A stretch of DNA of 63,944 nucleotides, filler included, from Octopus bimaculoides (GCF_001194135.2; 6 parts of 5 records of this genome joined end to end with filler, not necessarily neighbours in it), one strand, 5' to 3'; shown: positions 40,284 through 51,981, counted from the whole stretch's first letter. Notes: generated by a model not told the origin, from the letters alone. A program made the numbers and translations.

Positions 40284-42300
40284 TGTGGTTTGTGCTTGTA
40301 CTTACAGCACTCTTTAGAAGAAAAAAAACCATGGGAGACCCTAGAGCTTTGAACAAAAACCAGTGGTCCTGACCGAACTACCACAAAAACTGACGATCAT
40401 CGTTCTCGCAGTTGCAAGCACTTTGTCAAGAGGGCCTCTCAAACAAGCATCATTGGGGTCCCAGACATTTAGCTGCTCCCATCTTGGTAACATCATCAAT
40501 ACCCATTGTGAATGGGGCAGTACCAATTGGGTCACTCTTTTGGACTCCAGAGGCAGATGAGATGAGGTGGTCACCAAATGAAAGGTAGGAGGGCTCCAGA
40601 TAGGCTTGCCAAGCAAAGTGGTAAAGTGGTGGGACATTCTCCCTTACAACGCGGAGAATGACGTCTTGACTGATGGAGTTGAAAGCATGGAGTTGAGGAT
40701 GATCTTTGGGGACTCAGAGGGCAAGCTGGTGAAAGCCCTGGTGGATGAGCAGCAATCTCACAACCTAGCTGAATAGGGGAAAATTCCTCGGACAGGCAGT
40801 TAGAAACAGAACTTTTGCTGTGAGCCGTCTCAGAGTACAACCAACTGCTATGGGGCGGAGGTCACCATTGGGTTTGGTGAGACCAAATAGTTTGGTCCCA
40901 AAGAACAGTGGACAAATGTAGGCAAGGACACTCTCGGACGAGAACAAGTTTATGAACTGTGTTAGGCTCTCCAGGATTTTGAGCCCAGCATCACCAGCTA
41001 ACAGGGAGATATGATCTTTGAGCCCAGCATCACCAGCTAACAGGGAGATATCATCAATCCCAGCGCCAGAACCCACTGAAAAAGAGGCAATTGCCCTCGT
41101 GACATTGTCAGAGGTGAAGATAGGTTGTAGAAAACTTGTTGGGTCGGGCCAGTGTAGGTGATCATCTGGAGGGGCCAGAGAATGTTTCTCCTTCAGTTGG
41201 TTGAGAGAGTCTGTGGTACACGGAACGAAGGAGGACAGAAAGGAAAGAAGGCGAACAGTTCCTTTAAAGTCAAATCCGCTGAATTTGGTATTAACAGCCT
41301 TCTTTAAGTTAGGTGGTCGACCATTATTCGGTGTTGAGATGAACAGTGGTTGGAGTAGATTCGAACATCTCGAACTACTGTTTCGGGGAAGAAGTGAGGG
41401 ATTCACTATTTCCATTTGTTACGTGGAGGGAGACCAAAAGGAACAGGAACAGTTTCTGCCAATCTGAGGTGTTGTTGGATAGGCAGACGTTCTTCAGTAG
41501 TTTCGAGAGAACACAGGTGAATCGAGTCCGAGCACCCTTAGAGATCCAATTGACGAGCTTCAGCTCGGACAAGCCCTGGAGGGCGGCGGCAAAATCCTCA
41601 ACAGAGATCTGGACTTCAGAGCAAGGTTCTGTCCTACTAATGCTGTCAGAGCTGAAGTGACATTGGTTGCATGTCCAGTTAGAAAAACTTTCGGTTTGAA
41701 CCTTAGTAATGCGATACAGCTCCTGTGGTGACTTAGACTACACAAGTGGCATTTGATGGTCTTCAAATAGCAACTTGTATGGGTGCAGAGAGCACAACTT
41801 GGAAGTGAAATGGCAGTATCAGTGGGGTCGGCATTAAAATTAGAAGGGAGGGGTAGTTGGGGAAAGAATGGTGCTGGAGGTAGAGAGAGTATCTGAGTGA
41901 CCAACATTAACTCTGTTGGTGGGACTCGGGTAGGGAGCAGGAGGCGATGCAAGTAGGCTGGCTGTAACATGAATAAAGTGAATGGGGTGAATAAGGGAAG
42001 GTGGGTGAAGGTTAGCGATGGAGGAGGAGAAGGGAGCTGGATGAAGAGCATTAATACTGGCGGTGGGGTTCGGCTAGGGGGACAGAAGGGATGGCGGCAA
42101 GCTGACTATCACGGGGATTGTGGGGTGAACAAAGGGATGAGCAGAACTAATACTGGCCGATGGAAGGGGTTGGGGAGAGACGAGACATGAGTTAACTCCC
42201 CTACAATGCGATGGAGGAAGTGGGAAACGAGGGGACGAAGGCTGGTAGGGCGTGACGAAATCGATTGACCATGCTGGTCTCCTAGTTACTCGTCGCATGG
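40284..42300 (-). mobile_element. CRE-clade non-LTR retrotransposon copy 1 (PHD finger, RT to domain 5, then deletion to a 3' segment)
   Basis: WISKGARTRFTCVLSKLL; SFSVGSGAGID; KPNGDLRPIAVGCTLRRLTAKV; AFNSISQDVILRVV..SASGVQKSDPIG; WDPNDACLRGPLDKVLATARTMI; Pro-rich N-terminus with C4HC3 finger. Confidence 0.85.
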
Positions 42301-42425
42301 CTCAAAACTTTTAAAATTATTTATTTATTTACTTTACTTTGTTTTTCCTCCCCTTCAACAGATCGCTAATGCAAAGTCGAGCCAAGCCATTGTGTAACAG
42401 AAGTGCGATAATAGTAAAGTGGGGG

Positions 42426-43084
42426 TGTAGCGAACACTCTAGTGAAATTCCTCTCTCCCCTTTATTATATATACGTGCATTCGAACATAGCAGGTAACAG
42501 CTAGCTTTTGGCCACTATTTGGACCCTGTTGTGTCCACTACTCTGATTGGTTGGTATTGGCGCAATTTGTCTCTTACTCTATCGCGCCAATATGCAGCGC
42601 CAATCAGAGCCTCTAAATAAGATCACGTGAGACAGCTTGTTCTCAACCCAGTTTGAACCTACAGCTTATAAAAACCCAGCTACTCCTCGTCTCGAGGTCT
42701 TTGGTTCCAGACTTTTTAAGATCTAGCCACTGATCACTCAAGACACAGCCAGTTCTAGCGACAACACAACAGTAGCCACATTAAGACTTACCAACTTCGT
42801 CCAATAGCATTACGATAATCTCTTTCTTCGTCGCCATCATCATCTTCTTGATGTCATCAACGTCATCACTCTACGTACACAGCTCAATAAGCAATATGCA
42901 CAAGTTCCAACACTCCACTGTTTGTGAATTACATGTTGTAGGGATACGATTGGATAGTTGTAGTTGCCCAACCAACTCACCCAATCACCAGATCACGTGA
43001 TCGTTGAATGAGGCGGTAGCTTTGTACAATCTAATTGAAGACATTTAATATTAAACAACTAAGGCTTTAACCGCTTCTGCTACA
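42426..43084 (+). repeat. 3' LTR of a third LTR element, preceded by a PPT
   Basis: Termini TGTAGC...GCTACA; purine tract atagtaaagtggggg immediately 5'; CCAAT boxes (ctgattgg, ccaatcag), CACGTG and a TATA box (cttataaaa about 42665). Confidence 0.75.
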
Positions 43085-43194
43085 ATTATTAATTTAATCT
43101 AAGTAATTTAAATACTGTGTGATCGGTGTTTGTTTTGATCGTGAGTGGCTTGTATAAATAGGAGCGTGTGTATGTGTAGAGATGGGAATGCATA

Positions 43195-43708
43195 TGTGAT
43201 TTGTGCTTGTTCTTACAGCACTCTTTCGAGAAAAAAACCAAGGGAGACCCTAGACCTTCGTACAAAATCCGGTGATCTTGACCGAACCACCACAAAAACT
43301 GACAACCTTGTAAGCACCGTCGCAATGACTATTCACGCTCGACAGCCATCTTACACAATGACTGAATGCTGCGCATACAGTGAAGATCAAATACACCCTC
43401 GATAAATCCTGAATTGATATTGATGCTCAGTTGTCTCAATTACTGCGAGAATGATGATCGAGGAACTTGGTCGTAGAGGTCTTATCGTTAACAACTCCAA
43501 AAGCGAGCTCTGGCTCTTCAACCACTCAAATTCGCATGAGCATACTACTAAATTATTTGCTGACTCCCTCCCTTCAATCGCGATTCCTCCTTCATCAGCG
43601 TGGTGTTCCCTTGGAGCCTTAGTTACTGACCTAGCTTTCGAGTCTATTTTTAAAATCCAAAATGGTTAACCTCGAGCTACTTTGAAAAAACCTTGAGGTA
43701 ATTGAGCT
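43195..43708. mobile_element. CRE copy 2: 3' segment on minus joined to an inverted RT segment on plus
   Basis: 43195-43303 is about 87% identical to 40284-40394; 43442-43708 plus reads TARMMIEELGRRGLIVNNSKSELW..SLGA (RT domains 6-7), cut by the Gypsy LTR at 43709. Confidence 0.75.
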
Positions 43709-44094
43709 TGTAGTGGCGCGTGTGGCCGCCATCTTGGGAAGTGCCATTGCGCATGTGCAAGGGATTTGCCGTCAGTGGAAGTACCCGAGCACGCATGCGC
43801 AATGCAACACGTGGAGAATAAAGATATAGCGTTCTCTCTCTTATTCATCCAGCAGGCGTCGTGTCAACACGTATTTCTCTCAGCTCTCCACCGACATGTG
43901 GTCGAAGCTTCCTTTGGTATTATAGCGGCATGCCTGTTCACCCGGGAACCAAACGGCTCTACACCAACCAGGAATAAATTATTGATCTGTTGTTACCGTT
44001 GACCCTCGTGTTTGTTGTATTTCTGAATTTAATAAATAATATAAGAGCTGGGGAGAGATGGCCATGCCATCATATCTCATCCAACTCTTATAAC

Positions 44095-44114
44095 TGGTGA
44101 CCCCCGACGTGATT
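44095..44114 (+). promoter_or_regulatory. Primer binding site complementary to the tRNA-Trp 3' end
   Basis: tggtgacccccgacgtgatt vs the complement of eukaryotic tRNA-Trp (TGGTGACCCCGACGTGATT), with one extra C; a Trp PBS is characteristic of the CsRn1 clade. Confidence 0.9.
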
Positions 44115-44641
44115 CAGAAAAAGAAAAACAACTCAAGAAACGAGGAAATGGAACAAATACAACAGTTTTAATTACCCCGGAGAGAAATACCATACGGCCT
44201 GGAAACTGAACAAACGAGCGAACAGGGATTTCTTTTTTTCGTCTGACTCCACGTGGCTTGAAAAAATCGGAAAAAAAAGAAAAAATCCTACACACACGCA
44301 CATACATATAAAAAAAATTTTTTTTGCTTGTATTGTTTTTTTTTCTTCCTTGCAGCAACGACGTAAGGTTGGTCAACAATATTTTTTTTCTACAGACAGT
44401 ACAAAGCAACAACCCTCACGAAGAAAAAAAAGAAAAGAAAAAAAATTGTTTTTACAACTTTATTTTTTTTTTTGTGCACACCGTAACTTACAAAAACACA
44501 AAACAAGAACACGAAAAATATTGTGTCTTTTCTTTTAGCGGTGAATTTTCTCTTTGGCCTCTCGTATATTTCGTACAACTTCGTTTTCATTGTTTCTCTC
44601 CATTCCCTTTTTCCTACCTTGACGGAGTCATCCCAGTAAAC

Positions 44642-45097
44642 ATGTCGCATGGTTTACCCACATTCATCGGTGATACCGATGTCTACTTCGCTCAATTGGA
44701 GGCCTATTTCCAAGTCTACGACATCTCGCCGTCCAAGAAATTAAAGTTGCTTTATTGCAATCTACCTCCATCGCTTGCAAAAGCGGCTAGAGACCTAATC
44801 ACGTCTCCCAAAGACGACGCCACATATGATGAGGTGAAAAACGAGATCCTACGCAGGACCACCAGGTCTGCCACCAGCCGATTCAATGAGCTGATGGCAG
44901 ACGAGCAGCTCGGTGACAGGACCACCACAGAATTTCTGACACATTTGCGAGATCTGAGCGGAGAGTCAGCAGATGCTCCACGGCAGTCCTCTTCTTTGTC
45001 CAACGATGACATTCTTAGCAGGATCGATAATCTCACACGTCGCTTAGACAACCTCTGCCGCTCTCGCTCGAAGTCTCGGAGCAGCTCACGTTCTCGC
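44642..45097 (+). pseudogene. gag: Gypsy gag (CsRn1-like), probably internally deleted
   Basis: MSHGLPTFIGDTDVYFAQLEAYF..YDEVKNEILRRT..EQLGDRTTTEFLTHLRDL..RSRSKSRSSSRSR; the usual LFLQRLP-type segment appears absent. Confidence 0.8.
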
Positions 45098-45651
45098 NNN
45101 NNNNNNNNNNNNNNNNNNNNNNNNNNNNNNNNNNNNNNNNNNNNNNNNNNNNNNNNNNNNNNNNNNNNNNNNNNNNNNNNNNNNNNNNNNNNNNNNNNNN
45201 NNNNNNNNNNNNNNNNNNNNNNNNNNNNNNNNNNNNNNNNNNNNNNNNNNNNNNNNNNNNNNNNNNNNNNNNNNNNNNNNNNNNNNNNNNNNNNNNNNNN
45301 NNNNNNNNNNNNNNNNNNNNNNNNNNNNNNNNNNNNNNNNNNNNNNNNNNNNNNNNNNNNNNNNNNNNNNNNNNNNNNNNNNNNNNNNNNNNNNNNNNNN
45401 NNNNNNNNNNNNNNNNNNNNNNNNNNNNNNNNNNNNNNNNNNNNNNNNNNNNNNNNNNNNNNNNNNNNNNNNNNNNNNNNNNNNNNNNNNNNNNNNNNNN
45501 NNNNNNNNNNNNNNNNNNNNNNNNNNNNNNNNNNNNNNNNNNNNNNNNNNNNNNNNNNNNNNNNNNNNNNNNNNNNNNNNNNNNNNNNNNNNNNNNNNNN
45601 NNNNNNNNNNNNNNNNNNNNNNNNNNNNNNNNNNNNNNNNNNNNNNNNNNN

Positions 45652-46649
45652 GGACAACACTTTCAAACCGGCGAAGCCCGCGCATTCCACCCTCCATTAC
45701 ATCAAGACGACTGGACCACCCGTTTTTTCGCGCCCACGTCGTCTAGCGCCTGACCGTCTTAAGACGGCCAAGGCCGAGTTTGAACACATGCTTCAACTCG
45801 GCCTCATTCGCCCCTGGCCCGTAAAGGGGACACAGATTTTCGCCCGGTGGGGGACTATCGACGACTTAATGCCGTGACGATAGCAGATCGCTACCCAATT
45901 AGGAACCTACAGGATTTTTCGGCAAACCTGCATGGGTGCACCATTTTCTCTAAGATTGATCTGGTACGGGCCTATCATCAGATACCAGACAATCCAGAGG
46001 ACGTTCCTAAGACAGCCATTACCACTCCTTTCGGCTGTTTTGAATTCCTGTTCATGAGTTTCGGTTTGCGTAATGCTACCAGCACCTTTCAAAGGTTCAT
46101 AGATGAGGTCATCCGTGGACTTGGTTTTGTATTTGCCTATGTTGATGACATACTCATCGCTAGCGATACGGAAGAGAACCACCTCCATCATTTATCACTG
46201 CTTTTCCAGAGACTCCGTTCATACAATGTGAAAGTCAATCCGACTAAATGTGTTTTCGAGCAATCTTCTCTGGAGTTTCTCGGACATTTTATTGATTCCA
46301 GTGGAATCAGACCTCTTCCTTCAAAGATCGATGCCATTCAACGCATCGTACCTCCAACTTCAAGACAGTTGCGCCACTTCTTGGGGATTGTCAATTTTTA
46401 CAGAAGATTTATAAACCGATGTGCTGATAAGCTTCTTCCATTAACTAGGCTACTGCAAGGCCACACTAAGAAGGATGCTCGACTCACTCTTTCTGCTGAG
46501 GCGTTGTCGGCTTTTGAGTCCGTCAAACGGGAATTATCCTCCGTTCCCGTCCTTGCACATCCGGCTCCTAATGCCCCCCTTTCACTATCTGTGGACGCAT
46601 CAGATTCTGCGGTTGGTGCTGTCTTACACCACACCGTAGATGGAAACAT
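45652..46649 (+). pseudogene. pol: Gypsy RT/RNaseH with a 31-bp frameshifting deletion
   Basis: Relative to copy 1, bases 455-485 (the ..[11 protein letters not shown].. region) are missing near 45815, shifting the frame (ORFs 44324-45877 and 45847-46701). Confidence 0.9.
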
Positions 46650-46749
46650 NNNNNNNNNNNNNNNNNNNNNNNNNNNNNNNNNNNNNNNNNNNNTTAATTA
46701 ATTAANNNNNNNNNNNNNNNNNNNNNNNNNNNNNNNNNNNNNNNNNNNN

Positions 46750-47070
46750 TGTGGTGTAGTATGTTGTGGTGTAGTATGTTGTGGTGTAGTATGTAGTGGT
46801 GTAGTATGTTGTGGTGTAGTATGTTGTGGTGTAGTATGTAGTGGTGTAGTATGTTGTGGTGTAGTATGTAGTAGTGTAGTATGTAGTGGTGTAGTATGTA
46901 GTGGTGTAGTATGTTGTGGTGTAGTATGTTGTGGTGTAGTATGTTGTAGTGTAGTATGTTGTGGTGTAGTATGTTGTGGTCTAGTATGTTGTGGTGTAGT
47001 ATGTAGTGGTGTAGTATGTTGTGGTGTAGTATGTTGTGGTGTAGTATGTAGTGGTGTAGTATGTTGTGGT
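46750..47070. repeat. 15-bp minisatellite (gtggtgtagtatgt[t/a])n, about 21 copies
   Basis: Direct reading of the tandem units. Confidence 0.97.
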
Positions 47071-47253
47071 TATAGTGTTGCAGATTTATGATTAAACAGG
47101 TGATATACCCGGTTCTGTATTATGATCATTAAAGCTTACCCAATTAACCTGCTTCCCCTCTTATCACCCCCAACTGTTTTACTTCTCTATCCCCTCCTCC
47201 TAGAAATTTCCCTCGGCTCCTTTGCTCCCCCTCCACTTAACTTTTCCCTACAG

Positions 47254-47387
47254 GCTCTGACGTGCAAAATTTCAAGCTGAACATAGCTCCATCTAGCACA
47301 TCAGTCTGGGAAGGTGTGGAGGGTGGACATCAAAGAGTCATAAGCATTACACCACCTCCATCCACAGCTACTCCTCTGACTAAATAA
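47254..47387 (+). CDS. Candidate terminal coding exon of an unidentified host gene
   Basis: Long pyrimidine tract, branch-like cttaac and ..ttttccctacag acceptor; open frame SDVQNFKLNIAPSSTSVWEGVEGGHQRVISITPPPSTATPLTK* followed by UTR-like sequence. No upstream exons or homology identified. Confidence 0.35.
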
Positions 47388-48619
47388 TTTAAAAAGAAAA
47401 ACACACACAAATAACATAAAAAATGGCGAACTGAATTATTGAGAATGAAAAAGTATCTTGTAGTTTGAGAGTGAGGTCGGTTGTATTGACTATAACCCTT
47501 GGCTCTTTGGTAGCGGGCCCTGTGCCAAGTGAAATCAATATAATGGCCAAGTAGTGAAGGAAGGAAGAAGTATCGGTCAGAAGAGTGAATCAATAAGCAA
47601 AAGAATAGGAATAGTTGTGTCATTAAACAACACATAAAAAACAACCCCAAACAAACAAAGTCATATCTACCATGTCATTACTTCCTAAATATTGTTTGTT
47701 ATTGTTGTTGTTGTTTATTCCTTAATCAACCCTGGTCAAACAGACCTAAAATCAAATACATTCTTATCATGACCATCCCTACCTTTCATTCAGTTTTTCT
47801 TCCAACATAGTGTATCTCGGACGTGTGACATGAGGGAGATTTGGTTGCTATTTCTAGCAAGTTGAGTGACTGCATAGAAGTTTCCTGTGTTGGCTTGAAA
47901 CACTGCTTGATTCCCAAACATCTCAGTTCTTATGACAACATCATTAAAGGGAGCAATAGTGATTCAGTGATGCAGGCAATTCATATATGAAGAGTGTTTT
48001 CATATTTCTAAGCCTGTGTACTTTGTTTAGCTCCAGGCCAGACCTGGTTGGAAACACACCTATGATTAAATAAGTTCAAGTTGTGACCATCTCATTTTTT
48101 CGTTCAAGCACATTGTATAAGGACCATTGTACTGCCCAATGTATATGTCTTTATTTTCCCTTTTGGATGGTGGAGAGTTGTTCGAAGGAGATCCAGCTGC
48201 TATTTTTAGTAGTCAAGCTCCTACACAGTAGCTCCCCTTTCGATTCAGAACTGTTCCCCTAGTAATGTAATTGGAGCCAACGAGTTCAAGAAATATTGCA
48301 ATTTCATTCTCTAAATTCTGATTTCCTTTTTTATAGATTGATGGATGTGTTCTGAATGAAGTAATCAATAAAGAAACACACACACACACACATATCTATC
48401 TATCTGTCTGCCTGCCTGCCCACCTGTCTGTCTATCTACCTATCTATCTATCTACCTACCTACCTATCTATCTACCTATCTATATATCTATCTATCTATC
48501 TATTCTATCTATCTATATATCTATCTATCTATCTATCTATCTATCTCTATCTATATATATATATATATATGAGTGTGTGTATACATATGTATATGGATAT
48601 AACTGCATGTGTGTGTGTA

Positions 48620-49020
48620 TCTGGCAGTATCTTTTATCTTTTTCATGTTTCAGTCATTAGATTGTGGCCATGCTGGGGCACCACCTTGAAGGATGCTTAG
48701 TCAAACGAATCAACCCCAGTTTTTATTTTTTAAAGCCTGGTACTTATTCTATCAGTATCTATTTTGCTGACCTGCTAAGTTGCAGGGATGTAAACATACC
48801 AACACTGGTTGTCAAGCAGTGATGGGGGACACAGACACAAAGGCACCTCCCCCCACACACATATGACTGGCCTGCCACAGTCCCTGTCCACCAAATCCAT
48901 TCACAAGGCTTTCATGAGCCTGAGACTATAGAAGAAGACACCTACCCTAGGTGCCACACAGTGGGAGTGAACCTGGAACCATGTGGTTAAGAAGCAAACT
49001 TCTTACCACACAACCACACC
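48620..49020 (-). mobile_element. SINE family B, near complete
   Basis: Reverse-complement homolog of 58678-59022 with a short internal (CA/TA) tract at about 48850-48865. Confidence 0.8.
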
Positions 49021-49237
49021 TGCACCAGATCTGTTAATCTAAACAGAATTTTTGTTGTTGGTGTTGTGTAGTTCTATATAGAGCAAAGTTGTGGGATGAG
49101 ATAATCAGTCAGATGACAAGGCATGATCCACAGATCCAATGTTTCGTTAACTTATTTTGGCTTCTAGGATGAAAAAGATGCAAATGAGACAGTTTTAGCT
49201 TTTCAATGTCTCATTTATGAAAACTGAGATGGAATTC

Positions 49238-49900
49238 CTGCTACACGCTAAACATCCTAGACTGCAGAACAGTACTGTTCATATATTTTGAACAGCATCA
49301 CAGTTACATACAGAAATCATAGACCACATTAGAGTACTACTGAAATAGCTGGGACGGTGCTGCTGTTACATACACACATAACCTAGACTACGTTACAATA
49401 CTGTTCACATATCTCAGACAGTACTACTACTGCAGACTGACATTCTAGGCCATATTACAGTGCTTCTGCTACACATACATGGACATCCCAGACCATATTA
49501 GAGTACTGCTCGTATTTCTATGACAGTGTTGTTACTAGACTATGATAGAGTACTGTTTACATACTTTGTACAGTGCAGTGGTTACATGCAAACATCCTAG
49601 ACAACACTACAATTCTGCTCAAATGTACATGACAGTTGTGCTTCTGTATACAGAAATGTGCTAGATTACAGTACAGCACTGTTTACATATATTTTGGACA
49701 GAGCAGCTGCTACACCATTCGTTTGAGATGACATTGGAGTACAGCTCAAATTGCTGAGATAGTACTTCTACTACATAGGCAGCTTAGACTACATTACAGT
49801 ACTGTTCACATGTAAGTGGGGCAGTGCTGTTGCTACACACAGGAACATCCTAGACACCATTAGTCTGCTCACATATATCAGACTGTATAGCTATTACACA
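49238..49900. repeat. Degenerate tandem satellite, unit about 62-64 bp, about 11 copies
   Basis: Recurring (c)ctagac..attacagtactgttcacat..gacagtgctgctgctacac motif at 49256, 49318, 49382, 49444, 49487, 49534, 49596, 49660, 49724, 49784, 49849. Confidence 0.8.
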
Positions 49901-51582
49901 CACACAAACATTATACACAATATTCCTCTATCACCAAAATGTTACATGATTGATTAATCAAGACTTCCCACCAACACACTACAACCTCTATTTTGCAGAC
50001 ACACTGTCTTCTCTCTGTGTGCCTATTCTAGCAATACTGCAGCAGTTTAAAGCCCATCAATATACATGTCTCTTACCTGTTGTTAACCATGCTGTATCTT
50101 TAGGCTATGCACCAAACCCTTTGACTAATCTTTTGCTTCAGAGCTTTGTCACCTTGAAATTTCCTCTCCACTACTTTTTACTAAAGGAAGTGAATGTGCC
50201 AATGGACTTCATGACCTCATCTCTGAGACTAGTGAGGTGTGCATGGTTGATGTTACTCTTGGACAGATACAAACTGATGACTGTAGGGGGCTGATGTCCT
50301 AGAAAAGATAAACTGGGTGAAGTGGTCAGTGTGGGGTCTGGGAGAAGGCATAACATCAATGATGAGAGTCTCAGTTGAGATGGTATCAGGTCAGCCATCT
50401 TTGAGGATGAGAGGCCACTGTACTAATACTAGAAAGTTCTTGTCATTTTTGCAAAGCAAATACAGTGCTTTTCATCTCTCTACATATCTATTTGCATTGC
50501 CATTTTAAACTACAAGTCTTTTGAGCTTTAAAGACAATAAAGGAAAGATATTTGTTTGTTTGGTTAACCCTTTTGTTATCATATTTCTTTTGAACTATAC
50601 TGCTTGTGCTTCAATTAATTTTGAAAATAATGAAGAATTTAGCAAAATAATTTGGTCATTATTAAGTTGGTGAATGGATCATAAATTAACAAGCAATTTT
50701 GATGGAAGCTTTCAATTTAGATCACTCTAAGACAAGTAATGTGGGTCATAGAACTTGTGATCTTAAATGGATTGATATCAAAAGGGTCGAAAGTAAAATT
50801 TACCTACAGTATTATGAAGCATATATTCTCACTAAAAAATAAAATTCTTAACAGTTTGTGTGTTACTGATTTTGAAAAGAGTAGGGAAAATATCATTGTT
50901 GTTGTTGTTTAACCCCAGGTCATCTCTTATCCAGTTGACATACAATCAAAGGTGTCCAGCTGTGAGTATTTAGTCTTTTTGTTTTTTAGTGTATCTCAAA
51001 CTACATTATCCAATATGTATTTCCTTTTCAGAGTATAATTTGAGGAAGATTTAGAAGCTACTTCTAGCAGGTCAAGAAACCATATACACACTTCATCGTT
51101 GGCTTTACAGGAGGGTTTTCTTGACAGGGTTGGGCATGTTTGCTGCTATTTGAGTAGTGTTTTTCCCCTTAAAATATTATTCATAAGCTCTCTCACTCGG
51201 GTTCCTATATAAATCCTGTGAAGAGTTCGTTGAAGTCAAGTTTTACTAACAACTCGATGGAGACTCTCTCAACCAGCTAGAAATAGCAACTGACTCTCTC
51301 TCTCAAACAACACCCTACCATTAAAAAAAAAAGGACACATTAGATTATAATAGTTCTAGATATCCTCAAAAAACTAATATGAGATAGTCATGGTAGAAAT
51401 ATTTTTGATTATATGTCTGCTGGGTTAGGCTTGATCTGTGGCTAAACAGCAACATCAACTACACATTTATAACACAGACTTGAAGATGCTGAGTTAGCCC
51501 CAGATCCTTGATATTTAACTCACACATGGAATATACTTTTACAAAAATGCACACACATTCATAAGTGCAGTTACTTATATAC

Positions 51583-51897
51583 ATGATGATGATGATGGCC
51601 GTCCACTCGTGACCGAGGAACATTGTGCGCTCTAGGACTAACTTATATTTTGCATTTGCGGCTCCGTTGGTGGCTAATGAGCCCTGCTCTTGACAAGCAT
51701 ACACGACTGCAAACATTGCAGATTAAGCCTTCCCATTCACTATACGAGCCGTGCACTTTCGCACAGCTCACTTAAGTTCTTCATGCTGGATACGTGCTCT
51801 CTAAAAAGTGCCGATCCCCTCCTTAACCTGCTTCCTTCATCCGTGGCAATGACAGGCATTGTTCTCCCAGTCAGTGTCCTGCATATCACAGGCCTTT
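51583..51897 (-). mobile_element. RTE (BovB/RTE-1-like) 3' end with C-terminal C2H2-like finger
   Basis: Minus strand LICNVCSRVCLSRAGLISHQRSRKCKI*, then a short UTR and (CAT)n tail. Confidence 0.75.
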
Positions 51898-51947
51898 AAT
51901 ACATACATACATACATACATGCATGCATGCATACATACATACATACA

Positions 51948-51981
<34 letters not shown>

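Larger units (their letters stand above)
43709..46649 (+). mobile_element. Ty3/Gypsy LTR retrotransposon copy 2 (CsRn1-like): 5' LTR, tRNA-Trp PBS, gag, RT-RNaseH start; defective, ends at an assembly join
   Basis: LTR from TGTAGTG 43709 to about 44092; PBS 44095-44114; gag ATG 44642; RT as in copy 1 (about 87% nt identity over a hand-aligned 143 bp) with [36 protein letters not shown]. Confidence 0.95.

Noticed and set aside
44324-44641. N-terminal extension of the gag ORF
   Set aside because: It translates the A/T-tract leader after the PBS; the family-like sequence begins at ATG 44642.
46750-49900. CRISPR-like interpretation of the tandem arrays
   Set aside because: No constant repeat with unique spacers, no cas genes, eukaryotic context.
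49950-50400. 114-aa ORF or possible DIRS/Ngaro tyrosine recombinase relic
   Set aside because: No recognisable catalytic R-H-R-Y motifs; the resemblance is too weak.
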